From the NCBI GenBank assembly GCA_964016885.1, contig OZ024740.1, positions 231,818,001-231,882,000 of the forward strand: DNA of 64,000 bases, written 5' to 3'. Below, piece after piece: positions 24,914 through 37,359 of this stretch. The DNA comes from Eledone cirrhosa. Taxonomy: Eukaryota. A model generated the notes under the pieces. The model searched no databases and was not told the origin of the DNA. It saw nothing but the letters and a program-made list of their open reading frames with translations. Position numbers and translations under genes: made by a program. Each line of letters begins with the position of its first letter. Positions within the stretch are counted from its first letter, which is position 1.

Positions 24914-26529
24914 TAACGAACATTTGCTCTTTTTAGCAATATACAGAAGCCCTTATTATTGTGTCAAATATAGAAGACTTTATGGTTTATGTCCACTTCA
25001 CTAAGTTGTCACTGTTGATTTGGCGGCGGAAGAAATATGTTAAAAACGTTAATAATTTCTATATGGTGGGGTGAGGGTTTTACATAAGATATGCGGCGTT
25101 GGGACAGAAGTGGTGTCTGTGGTTGGAAGGTACACAACACTGTTGTTTCATTTTAAAAGGTTTCACCCTCCCCACTATACAACAACAAAGAGCAACATTG
25201 CTATTACTACTAATGATAATGTAACCCCATACGAAATTTGACGTTACAAACAAAAACATTTATAAACCCCAAAGAATTACAAAAAAGTGGTGGTGTTCAT
25301 TGATTTTTGTAATAATATTAATATTTACACTCTTAAAAATAGTTTACACTGTCTTTATGTCTCCATCTCACATCTTTCAAACTTATTCTTTCTTTCGTTC
25401 TTTCGTTCTTTCTTTTTTCTAATTCATTCAACCACTCTGTCTTTCCCGCCTCACTCTCTTACCTTCTTATTCCCCCTCCCCCCCACACACACATGATCAA
25501 AGGGTCTTAAGTGTGTACACCCTACCTCAGGACGATTAGATGAAAATTATATATACTACAGGGAAAATAAATATTCCAAATCCAATATTGTACTGTACTC
25601 ACCAAGGATTTCGTTTTTATAGAAATGTAAATTTGAGTGGGTTAAGTGAGTCACCCGCCGTAGAACACCACTGGAGAGTAAAAGCAAAATACCTTCGACT
25701 CTACTCTTAGATGATGGATCAAAACATACAAACGAGGCGAAAAATATAAACACATACCTGGCTGTATCTGCACTTCGGGCTGAGGAGGCCAAACTCTCCA
25801 AGTAGCGGTCGCTCTCCGGCAGGTTTGCGGTCGTGCCCTTGGCCCCAGGGCTACCTCCCTACTCACCACCATAGGCGCTGAGCTGGCCAGCTGCAGGAGT
25901 GAGCCCCACGAGATGGAATGGCTCTTCCAGCGCATCTCCCTTACCATCCTCCAGGGAAACGCCTTCTCCATTCTGTCTGCCGGGGCTGCGGGGTGGCCAG
26001 TATGTGGGACCCCATTTGCTCAATTTACAGAGAGATAGGGAGGGCGAAAGAGATGGGGGCGATAACGGTGGGAGTTCGGCTCTTCTCTGTTCGGACACAT
26101 TGCACCTGTCAAGAGTGTATATTACTGTAAGATTCAGTTAGCTCTTCTCTTGGGAAATTAGATCACTGGTAGTGGAAATTAAATTCACTGTATGCTATTG
26201 TAAAATACAGTCCATATAGTAGCGAGAGTAAATACCACATAAAACGACTGAGAGAATAAGGCTGAAAGCTGGAAAGATTAGACTCTCAGCCAACAAGTTA
26301 CAAGGAGTTGGAACAAGGGTGTGGTCGAAACGAGTGGTAGCGACAAAAGATTTTGAATGCTAGATATTCAGAAACGTATTACTTGGAATATGAATATTTT
26401 TTAATAAGAATGTTGCACTCCAAGATTATGTACGCAAATACACTTTGTTTACATTTGAAGTCCATAGATACATTTCATTCCAACGTGTTTCCTAAGGATA
26501 GAAGTACGCATACATGCAAACACACGGAC

Positions 26530-27270
26530 ATACAATAAAAATATCTTCAAATTATTTCCTTTGGGGGGAGACGTTCGAGGGTCACTCAGGGAAAAAACCC
26601 ATAAAACCACGGGTGCCCTGAACTCTAAGGTAAGTACCCTGTCCCAGTAGTTCTCCTCCAATCTACCGGCTCACATTCGGAGCAGGCCCATTCACTCGTG
26701 TCATGCTCGCTTCCCTCATTCACCTTTCAACAAATTGCTTTGAAGGCAGAACTTCCTTCTCTCCCCTAATTTTCCTCTTCAAGTGAAACCTGAAAAAGAG
26801 TTAATCAGGGCTTCGCCGAATAGAACTGGGCTCGTCTTCAACCTTTTTGGCCATGGCCACAAGGCATATAAAAACTGCCTGCCCTTCTCGGTTAAAGGAA
26901 GGTGGTGGATCAATCTTCACGATAGACTCAGGTGATAGCTGGATCCGTCCTACACGCAACAGAAGTTTTTCGACATAAACCCACAAGTCAGCAATGCTCG
27001 GACACTGAACGAATGCGTACACGACGGTTTCGTCGTCCTGTGCGCATCTCGGACATGCCCGGCTAACGGCACTTCCATGCCTGCAGAGTTTATCCCGAAC
27101 TGGCAGAGGTCCCCGGTAGCACTGTTTGGTCAAGGATTTCTAGAAATTATGCATGAGTCCTGGACCGAAAGTCCTCCCTAAAAAAGTGGATAGTTGATTT
27201 TCGTCGATGCCTAGATTTTCTCCAAGAATGTCGTCGCTTTCATCCGCCACTAACCCTCTATACAACGTAT
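26530..27270 (-). mobile_element. L1/Tx1-clade LINE 3' fragment
   Basis: ORF 26801-27133 CYRGPLPVRDKL...CPRCAQDDETVVYAFVQCP (ORF2 zinc finger). Confidence 0.85.
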
Positions 27271-27284
27271 TTGTTGCAACAAAT

Positions 27285-28844
27285 ACATTGTACAAATATT
27301 CCAACAGTTCAAAACTGAACATTTATTTGCTACTATTCAACCATTTTGACACCTCCTTTTGTTGACAATTTTTGGTATGTCTGGCTAAAATTTCTGTACA
27401 GTCCCGACTTTGATCAGAGATGACAAGTGTTGATTAGTCAGCCTTGTTCTCTGAGAAGTTTTTGTTAATTTCATCTTTTGTATCATCTGTGTTTTGACCT
27501 TTCATCTCCAAAAACATAATTATTTCTTGTCTCAACAAATAGAATCTTTTCAGCACTTTGTGACATGACAAGCAGCAGACCTCTGTGTAGAGTATAACAT
27601 CGGTGAACTGATTATCTATATCTTCCAACAACTGGCTGTACTGACGGCGGTTGAGAGTACGGCCTCTGATATAGTTCACTGACGTTGTGACCAAGCTATG
27701 CACATGATGCATTTTTAAAATCTTTGAACACAAATTTTGCTGATGAATAATGCAGTGAAAATGTGCAAATGATGAATCTGGATGCGAGTTTTCTATTTTT
27801 GTTTGTAACTTGGCAGTAACACCATTATGTCTGCCAACCATATTCGCAGCACCGTCAGTAGATACGCATGCAAGTTTACTCAAATCAAAACCATAGTCAT
27901 GCAGAACCTGCTCGACCTTCTCAAAGATGTCCTGGCTTGTTATAGTGTCATTCATGGGGACCAGTTCAATCAGTTCTTCATAAATATTAAATTCACTGTC
28001 ACAGGCCCTGATGAAGAATGCAAGCTGTGCTATTCTAGTGATGTCAACGGTCTCATCAATAGCAAGAAAAAATGTTCAAACCTTGATGATACAGCCTTCA
28101 ACTGTTGTTTCAGATCACCTGACATTTCATCATCTGTTCAGCAGCAGTGTTCCTGGTTCATAAAATGTATTTGAATAACTCTGCTTTCTCTGGTCATACA
28201 ATTTCAGCTGCTTTTACAAGGCATGGCTTTACAAAATCTCCTTCATTGTAAGATTCCCCACTCATGGCGATCATTCGACTAAGTTCAGAGCTTGCAGTAA
28301 CGGAAGCGACATTCTCTTCCTGAATTTACATAAAACAGGTCTGTTGCTGTGTCAAGTTAGCCTTCAATTCCTTGAGTCCTGAAATACGCATTGGGCCTTC
28401 ATATTTATCGTAAGATCGATGGTTCTTTTCATAATGTCTTTTAAATTGTACTCCTTTGGCGTGGCGATGCAGTTGTTGCACATTAAACAGTGTAACTTTC
28501 CCGTTCACCGTTGTGCAAAAATACTGTAATTCCTACTTTTCTTGAAACAATCGCCCTTCTTCGTTCAATTTCCTTTTTCTCTTAGCTGGAGGAGCAATAG
28601 CCATTTTAAAAGAAAAAACTTTTGAAATTTTGGAAGAAAGTTTTCTGTTTACAACTGTTAATGAGCTACGCGTGATTCATCGGAAGTTAAAAGTAGTTGA
28701 CAAAAATCACACACAAAAAGATAAAACAATCGTATCGAAAATTTTTTTTATTTTATATTACGAAAATAAAACATGGTCGCGTTGTAAAAACCTTTGTGCG
28801 GGCCGCGGCTGTGCTTGCAAAGGGATGCATGTTTCACAAGCCTG
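27285..28844 (-). mobile_element. hAT DNA transposon (SPIN/Buster/GTF2IRD2-like), degenerate and 3'-truncated
   Basis: Translation begins MAIAPPAKRKRKLNEEGRLFQEK, then a BED-like region (KRHYEKNH), AIDETVD, VSTDGAANMVG and HCIIHQQNLC; the terminus CAGGCTTGTGAAAC at 28844 is followed by the 8-mer CTCTAGAT. Confidence 0.85.
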
Positions 28845-29428
28845 CTCTAGATATATGAGAAACAAAACGAGGATGTAGTTTATGGAACACCCAAATGATT
28901 TAGAAGTCCACCTTAAGTACGAGCAATAACATTAAGAAAGACATGAACGACACCACATAATTTTGAAAATAGGAATATAAGTATGAATTTTCTTAAGTTT
29001 TTCGCAGCTGTCTTCGTGGCCTAGCGTTAGCTACGAGAGATGTTGGACATCCTGGTCTTGGGTTCAAGAGGTGCATGTAATCTTTTTCAGTCTTTATTTT
29101 ACATCCCATAGGAAAAAACTGAAAAGGTTTACCGGGAACCCTACTCCCGACCAGGATCGAACTTCAGACCAGGATCACCACCGTCAATGATTCCTCTAAT
29201 TAGGCTGCTGAGACAGCTACAAAAGTATAATGAAAATTAATTATTATAAACCTACTTTCAAAATCAAAGTTGAAAAGATGAGGTGTCGTTTAAGGGTTTC
29301 CAAGAGGTATTAGTTATATTTAGGGTCGACGTGTCAATCTTCTGGCTCTTTGGTAACAACCTTATTATTACTATGTGTGTTTAACTGGTGAATTAATTTA
29401 ATTTAATTATTTTAACAAACAAACAATA

Positions 29429-29642
<214 letters not shown>

Positions 29643-29748
29643 ATAATAATAAAATTGAAGACTAAAATCCAAAGAGGGCTCGATAAGGAAAATATATATC
29701 AAATATATAAGAACCGTAGAGCAAATATTTATTAAAATAACAGATTAA

Positions 29749-29799
29749 AGTTTAAGCAAAGAATCGCTGCTTTCACCCTTAACGGGATCTTCTGAAACT
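29749..29799 (-). ncRNA. Type I hammerhead-like motif with U4A core (family C)
   Basis: Minus strand: AGTTT CAGAAGA TCCC-GTTAA-GGGT GAAAGCA-GCGATTCTT-TGCT T AAACT. Confidence 0.65.
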
Positions 29800-30758
29800 A
29801 ACAAAGTCAATCTGTAAACGCAGAACTGGATATTTAAAAAAACGTTGCAACCGGAGGAAGACAGGAAGACGATACTTTGGTTCGTGGTAACGTTCGCTGG
29901 CAAAGAACGGGAAAAAACGAATAATACGTCATTAATAGGAGCGGTGAAAAACAATTACGCGCAAAGACAAAACCACGTTTATGGTATAAAAGAGGTCGTA
30001 GACTAATGTTCTCTTAGGTGGTGCATAGAGACGTTCTCTGGCAATGAACGAAAAAACGAAGATAATAAGTCATATGTGGAGCGTGGAGAACAATAGCACG
30101 CAAAGACAAAACCACGTAAATGGTATAGCAGAAATCGTAGACTAAAATCTAACTAGGAGACCAAATGAATCTCCGCTACAGAGTTAAGAACAAAGTTCAA
30201 TCCGGGTCAAAAGGTACATGTCAACTTTTTCAGTTTTTATTTTACATCACATTGAAAAAAAAACTGAAAATGTTTACCGGACCCTACATTCGACCAGCAT
30301 CGAACTTCCGAGCAGGATCGTTACTATCTATGATTCCTCTAACTAGGCCACCGAGACAGTTACAGTAGTATAATGAAAATTAATAAATATAAACCTACTT
30401 TCAAAATCAAAGTTAAAAAGATGAGGTGTCACTCATGGCTTTCCTAGAGCTATAAGTCATGTTTAGGGTCGACTTGTCAATCTTCTGGCTCTTTGGTAAC
30501 AACCTTATTATTACTATTTTTGTTTACCTGTTGAATTAATTTAATTTAATTATTTTAACAAACAAATAATATATTTATAAAAACTTACAATGATTGGCAT
30601 TATATATATAAGAAGAAGTTGACGGACCCAGCATACGTATCAATGCTAGGACCGGTTACATCTCAGCTTACTCAATAGGTAATGTTAAATACAATCCCAG
30701 AGAATACACATAGTTATTCGCTTCAATACAACACACGTAAACGGGTACCTATAGTAGT

Positions 30759-30870
30759 TTCCGAACTCGAGTTTCGGCCACACTTAATGCAGCAGTAGGG
30801 TGCACTGCACGTCCTGTCCGCATATATTATGCAACAATGCATAATCGGCGCATGCGGCTTCATCAGTGGG
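30759..30870 (-). ncRNA. Type I hammerhead motif with large stem II insertion (family D)
   Basis: Minus strand: CCCA CTGATGA AGCCGCAT...GTGTGGCC GAAA CTCGAG TT CGG; palindromic stem III. Confidence 0.65.
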
Positions 30871-31588
30871 TTTCGCCTAATAAATAACCAATCTATCGAC
30901 AGAATTCGACTCCAGTCCTGCTTGTGACGGCCAACACAGTACAGCCATTAGCAAATGGGATCTGATACAATGCTCTCCCCAGACTGGCCACCGATTTATA
31001 AATTTACGTGATGGCAGGAGACTAGAAATAAAATAGTTCTGCTCCCGTCATAAGCTCTCGGCCAACATATCTCAAACACAAATTAATAAGTTAGTGAAAA
31101 ATTGGTTATTAGAAAAGGCAGTCTCATATCGCTGTACAATAGAATGGTAGCATTCAGCTCTAGTCTCCAAGTCCCATGGCGAGAGGATCGCGATAGTAAC
31201 AGTGGTAGTGCCTAAACATTTATCCGGACATTAAATGCCAACATCTATTAGACGACGATATAGAGTAGCGCGCTTGTTAGCGACCAGCTACGTGCATAGA
31301 ACAGTCTATTTCACAACTTATACGATTCAATATGCGAGTGAGAGAGAAAATTTATAGCAGGAATAAGAGCGCATATCAAAACAAAACAATAAAAAATGTG
31401 AAAAATTGTTTAACTTACTCTCATTAATCTGCTAGTTGAGAGACAATAAAAAGTTGACGGACCCAGTATTAATGCTAGGACCGGTTGCATCTCAGCGTAC
31501 TCAATAGGTAATGTCAAATACACTCCCAGAGTATACACATAGTTATTCGCTTCAATACAACACACGTAAACGGGTACCTACAGTAGTT

Positions 31589-31699
31589 CCCGAACCCGAG
31601 TTTCAGCCACACTTAATGCAGCAGTAGGGTGCACTACACCTCCTGTCCGCATATATTATGCAACAATGCATAATCGGTGCATGTGGCTTCATCAGTGGG
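31589..31699 (-). ncRNA. Type I hammerhead motif with large stem II insertion (family D)
   Basis: Minus strand: CCCA CTGATGA AGCCACAT...GTGTGGCT GAAA CTCGGG TT CGGG; 8-bp stem II. Confidence 0.65.
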
Positions 31700-31931
31700 T
31701 TTCGCCTAATCAATAACCAATCGATCGACAGAATTTGACTCCAGTCCGTGCCGGCTATGACTGCTTGTGACGGCCAATACAGTAAAGTGATTAGCAACTG
31801 GGATCTGATACAATGCTGTCCCCCGACTGGCCAATCATTGTAAGTTTGAATTTAAATGACATGCAAAAACGTATATATATGAGTAAGGTAAGCCCAAATC
31901 ATAGTAGCTTCAAATATCACAGAGAGAAAGA

Positions 31932-32023
<92 letters not shown>

Positions 32024-32099
32024 ACGTGCGACAGAAATGAAACAGGGATTACGGGTTAAAATATAGTCTAAATCTGAAGATCCCCGAGGTCCACATGGG

Positions 32100-32251
32100 T
32101 CACATATGTGTTGTCTAAGGGCCACACACGACAACTAATTGCACACTTTACAACTAATTTGTTGTATTTTATATTACGAAGATAAAACATATTCGCGCTG
32201 TAATAACCTCTGTACGTGTGCTTTTAAAGGGCCGCATGTTTAGCATACCTG
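32100..32251 (-). mobile_element. Terminal fragment related to the hAT element at 27-29 kb
   Basis: TTTTATATTACGAAGATAAAACAT...AAAGGGCCGCATGTTT...CCTG resembles 28750-28844. Confidence 0.6.
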
Positions 32252-32349
32252 CTTTAAATCATGGTAGACATTCTATATTCATGGTGGCACGATAAAAATA
32301 ACAGGAAAGAACACCATTAAACCACAATACCTCAAAGATATCAAATACA

Positions 32350-34330
32350 TTGAATGTAGAAAATGGTGTAAGTGGGGCTGTAACCTCGGATGAAAGACTC
32401 TCGCTGGGCAGGTTGCCCATAGCTCAGCATGGCGGGCTCGGTCGTCTGCAAAAGACTACTTAAGTGAAGAAAGTTAAATGGGCAAAAGAGTTCAACAAAC
32501 TTGTATTGGAGTGCTACTTGCGAAGTAGGCTTGGAGTAAGGAGATACAGAAAAAGAATCTGGAAGAAGATAGGTGTGTTCGTGCAACTGAAGTACAACTA
32601 ATTAACCAGGGAAGATGCATACGAGAAAGAGGCAGTTGTCACATGTAGAAATAGAGGAATGATTGAAAATGATCAAAAAATGATTGAAAATGCTGAGGGC
32701 ATGAGAGAAATTACAGAGAATAGTGGAAAACATCATGAAACAGAGAATGAAGAGTAAAACGAGCGAGATTCTGTTGAAAGTGTTGTTGAAGGAAATATTA
32801 ATTTTGCTGAAGTGAATACTGCAGCAGAAAGGTGGTAATTTGAAATTAGAAACGAGATTAGTGAAGAACAACAAACAACCATAAACATGTTGAAGGCGAA
32901 ACTGGAAAACCCAGGTGAACATGAAGTAATTAACCTGAGGGCTCTCGATGGAACACTAGAAAAAAACTTGTGAACGAAGTCATAAGCACAATACAAACAG
33001 AAAATATTAGTGATACGAACGTCTTACTACTTTCTGAGGTAAATATTGTAGTTGAATTGTTAGGAATTAAGCAGCCATACTGGAAGAGAAGGATTCAGGA
33101 CAGTGTTACAAAATTGAGTAATGATCTGATGAAATTGGAGGAATAGAAATATGCTAAATTAATGAAATACGAAGAATGGAGTAACCAATACAAGCAGAAT
33201 AGACTCTTTCAAAATAACCCAAAAAGATTGTTTGAAAAACTGGACAGAATCGAGAGGGACAATGATGTACGACCAGACGAAAGCATTGCTATTTGGAATA
33301 ACATTTTTCGCAAGGGACTCGCTATTAAAGAGAACCGAGATACTCCCAAATTACATGGCTCTTGTCACGTGTTCAATGCCTAGCATTAAGCCCTTCAGAG
33401 TCGCATCCATCTGGAATAATGGGGGCAGCTCTGGCTTTTTGGACTTAATGCCATTACATCTACATGTGAGAGTTTTTCTCTGTTTCTGCCAACACTCCAG
33501 GCGAAGCACTTATGTTGGGATAGGTTTTGTCCACATTTACAGGTTTGGCTGCCTGAGTCAAACATTCGTCCCTCCTACTCAAGTCCATGTGAAATAATTC
33601 TGTGCTTTTCGCAGCTGTATCTGCGAATATGATTTTGCTGTTATTGTTGCTGTTATTGTTGCTGTTGTCGTTGCCATTGTTTCTTCTACTGCTGTTGCAA
33701 ACTACTTCCAGAGGAGCAAAAAGGAGGTGCAAAGACTCTTATAGATGTACAGATCTGTTACTAATGAAGAAAGGTTTAATCGAAATCTACAGAAAAGCGA
33801 AACAAAATCTTAAGATGGCATGGATTGATTACTGGAAGGTTGTTGACATTGTTCCCCGCGAGTGAATACTGGACACACTAGCCATGAACAAAGTAGTGCA
33901 AACAGTAATGAATAATATTCTGCAGATAAAGACAAAAGAGGGAGCCCTTTCAAATTAAAAGAAGAAGATATGAAAGGGATCTCTATCATTCTCTTCTGCC
34001 TTGTACTGACAACATTAACTGCGATGTTAATCAGGACTGGATTTGAACGTAAATGTATGGCAAGAAAATTAACCATGGCCGATTGTAAGCAGTACGCTGC
34101 AGATGAGAGGCAACTTGAAACATTGCTGTAGGCAGTACAATGATTTACAAAAGAAGCAGCCATTGAATTTGGATTAGAAAATTGTGCCAACGCAACCCTG
34201 AAGGGAGGAAGACAAGTTAAAAACACTAATATCACGCTAGATAATGTAATTGACATAAGAGATTTAGATCAAACACAGATCTGCAAATACAGAGGAATCA
34301 ATGCACTAGACAGGATTCAACACAGATTTC
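32350..34330 (+). mobile_element. Highly degenerate R4/Dong-clade element, interrupted at about 33310-33700
   Basis: KKVKWAKEFNKLVLECY..., YKQNRLFQNNPKRLF, GCKD-like, NLKMAWIDYWKVVDIVP and EFGLENCA motifs in order. Confidence 0.7.
33310..33705 (-). mobile_element. Tx1 ORF1 remnant inserted in the R4 copy
   Basis: AAKSTELFHMDLSRRDECLTQAAK resembles AAKRRLCFNMDLSNKDEKLAQAWK at 19.4 kb. Confidence 0.65.
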
Positions 34331-35754
34331 GGTATGCGTTGACTGCGTGTCTGCTTTTCACAGTATCTTCACAACCAAACATTAGTCGACAGAGATAACT
34401 GGATCAATCAAAACTACTCTGATGCTTGCAGACTTCAATATCTTTAAACATATAAATGATGTATCAATGAACGTGCAATATAGAAAGTTTCCAAAAGACG
34501 TTTCTCTATTCTTTACATTTTAAATCTAAAAGAAATATTGCCGTATCAGGATCTTCAACCAAACTAAATCAGTACTCAAATTTGCTTTAACAACAGTATA
34601 TTTCCTACTAACCAACGAAAGATGAAGTATTTAATCTCGCAAACTTTCTAATAAATTTCCTTCAAATCACTGTACACCCCAATGAAAGAGTAATGACTCA
34701 TTCGATAACGTGGTCTAGATACACTCCGTTTGAAGATAAAAAGATTGGATGAACATAATAGACGCCTTTAATCACAGATGTGTTGGATGACGGCTAACCT
34801 GGAGCTTGGCAAAAATATTCTATCAACTTACCGGAAGAGCTAGGTAGTTACGCTATCAGCTAAATGACCCTCAACTCATATCCTAACGCATATAAAAAGA
34901 AAAGGACAACATACTGGATAATTTAGTCTTCGCAATATTATTTTTTAATGTAAAAGCAGGGATGCTCATGTCTACAACAACTTTGATCCTAAATATGCTT
35001 CACTGGGGTTGGCGAAATACTGAGAAAAAATGAAAACAGCAATAACTGCATTATTTTTTCATCAGATGAACTTGTAGATTTTCACATTTCTCTGACTGTG
35101 ACCCTTGAATTTATGCAATTATGTAACTGACGCCATCTTTCTCGTTGAATCCGGTTCCTTTGAAACATTCCATATAAATCTGGTTAGAAGCTTAACGTAT
35201 CAAAGCACGTTTATTTCTCTTCTCTTCACATCTTAGATTGCGAACATTTTGTTCTTTGCTTTATCGATTTCCTTTTAAAAAACCATTCCGATATGCTAAT
35301 CGGAAACATCACTTAAAGAAGATCCCAGTGGAGCCATTATACAGTTGTTTCCTACCACTCACTAATCAAATTCCCAATCGTAATATTTTCTTTCATTCAC
35401 TTATATTCTATTACATGTGAATGCTGCATTTGTATCTCTTCAGTTTATTTATTTATTTAGAGATAATGTCTGTGGCGCATATATAAGTTTATGAGGGTGT
35501 GTGGGCGAGAGCAGATTACTAAAGAGGGTCTAGTTCGGCAACCGTCAAGAGATATTCTGACATTCACATTTATAAATCTATACACTACCTATTTACACTG
35601 AGTTCGAGACCATTTACTTTTCAACATCTCAGTATCGATAGAATGAGCTCTAATCAAGTACTAGAGATTGATATAACCGACTGTTCATTCTCGCAAAATG
35701 TGTGGCTTTGAACTTCTTTAAGAAATAACTATATATATCCTTGATATATATATA

Positions 35755-36012
35755 TCCTTGATGCAGGGTCTTGAAATCATTCAGAGAGGAGGAACCTCTC
35801 CCTGAATTCCTTCCACCGACTTCTGTCCCTAGCAACTCTAGAACATAAGGATCCCAGGTGGTTGATGAGTTCGTCCCGCCATCTTATCCTTGGACGTCCT
35901 TTAGATCTTGTCCATTTTGTTGGTGTCCACTCTGTCACACTGATCGTCCATATGTTGTCACTGGGTCGTGAGATGTGGCCAGCCCATATGTGTTTGTTCG
36001 TCTTCATGTTTG
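35755..36012 (-). mobile_element. RTE-clade LINE 3' end
   Basis: WAGHISRPSDNIWT....W.P....RSKGRPRIRWRDEL. Confidence 0.8.
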
Positions 36013-36079
<67 letters not shown>

Positions 36080-36084
<5 letters not shown>

Positions 36085-36720
36085 TAAAATAACAGATTAA
36101 AGTTTAAGCAAAGAAACGCTGCTTTCACCCTTAACGGGATCTTCTGAAACTAACAAAGTCAATCTGTAAACGCAGAAGTGGATATTTCAAAAAAAGTTGC
36201 AACCGGAGGAAGACAGGAAGACGATACTTTGGTTCGTGGAAACGTTCGCTATGCAAATAAGTAATGGTATAAACAAAACATATACTTAGCTCCCACGTCA
36301 AGGCGTAAAATATCCACGTATAGATCGTACTATCCGTTAGGGTATAACGTGGGGCTGTAATACAGTAAAGTTTTGTGCAATTTATGTTTACAAGCCGAAA
36401 ATGCCTCAGATTTTTTGTTTAAGATGTGGTCTGTGGCGTAGATTATTTCCAGGGCCTCAGCGGCGCAGAGGTCACATGGTCTTTTATTTCCGTTATACGA
36501 TCTAGCCCTAGCTAGAATCTCCCAGTGTAACTTATATTGGGTGTGGTTGTCTTTTAGACTCCAGATATAAGCTGAAAGTGACGTCATATTCCTTCTTAGA
36601 GGGTAACGAAAAGAATGGGTATGCATGTAAAGACGCTGCTTGAATCTATTGGCGGTTAACCCTATGTAGGCCCTACGGGACGTGGGTGTTACAACCTTAC
36701 ATCTGTAGACAATGTTACTA
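36080..36720 (-). mobile_element. Penelope-like element 3' fragment (GIY-YIG plus pseudo-LTR with hammerhead)
   Basis: NIVYRCKV....RAYIGLTANRFKQRLYMHTHSF...LSAYIWSLKD...CDLCAAE...LNKKSEAFSACKH; the 3' part 36080-36250 matches 29728-29900. Confidence 0.85.
36101..36151 (-). ncRNA. Type I hammerhead-like motif with U4A core (family C)
   Basis: Minus strand: AGTTT CAGAAGA TCCC-GTTAA-GGGT GAAAGCA-GCGTTTCTT-TGCT T AAACT. Confidence 0.65.
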
Positions 36721-37099
36721 TATAGTAAAATAATGATGAATAAAATATCGGCTGTACAATAGGGTTTATTTAAAATGTTAATACTTTAAATAAATCCTAT
36801 TGTATAGCCGACCATGTTATTCTTCCTTCTTTTACTATTATTACTCCTAGAACTGCCTGCCTAGGAACTTTCTTAAACCTGCCACCCAACTATTCTCTAT
36901 ACAGAGTACTTATACCTTAAACGATATCTTGTTATTTTATCTTATTTAAATATATATATACATACATATATATCTGAAAGACTTCAATTGCGTTTTCAAG
37001 TTATTTTTCCTATTTTTTACCCGTGTGGCATGTATTAAAACACCTTACTATCGAATATTTTTAGTTATATGTATTTTTTATATATATATATTATATATA

Positions 37100-37278
<179 letters not shown>

Positions 37279-37280
37279 TA

Positions 37281-37318
37281 CGAGCTGAGGATCCGCTAAG
37301 GTGAAACAATTGTTCTCG
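37281..37318 (+). ncRNA. Minimal type I hammerhead motif (family A)
   Basis: CGAG CTGAGGA TCC-GCTAA-GGT GAAA CAATTG TT CTCG; perfect palindrome AACAATTGTT in stem III. Confidence 0.75.
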
Positions 37319-37359
37319 GTATGGTGAACTAAGTGCTGTGTTACCACTTCTATATATAT

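Larger units (their letters stand above)
30616..31833 (-). mobile_element. Retrozyme-like or non-autonomous PLE unit: two direct repeats of about 380 bp (30616-30990, 31451-31833), each with a hammerhead
   Basis: Both repeats begin AAGTTGACGGACCCAG and end GACTGGCCA; no long ORF lies between them. Confidence 0.7.

Noticed and set aside
29005-29218. Functional tRNA genes
   Set aside because: A/B-box-like motifs are present but I could not fold a full cloverleaf; treated as tRNA-derived repeat sequence
29290-29350. Minus-strand CAGAAGA-TTGAC..GTCG in the 370-bp direct repeats
   Set aside because: No GAAA follows the stem in either copy
32070-32110. CTGAAGA-TCCC...GGGT-CACATATGT
   Set aside because: It lacks the GAAA half of the core
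34790-35040. Possible second SINE family (also about 42880-43030, 45550-45680 and 56300-56480)
   Set aside because: Similarity between copies is patchy and boundaries could not be set by eye
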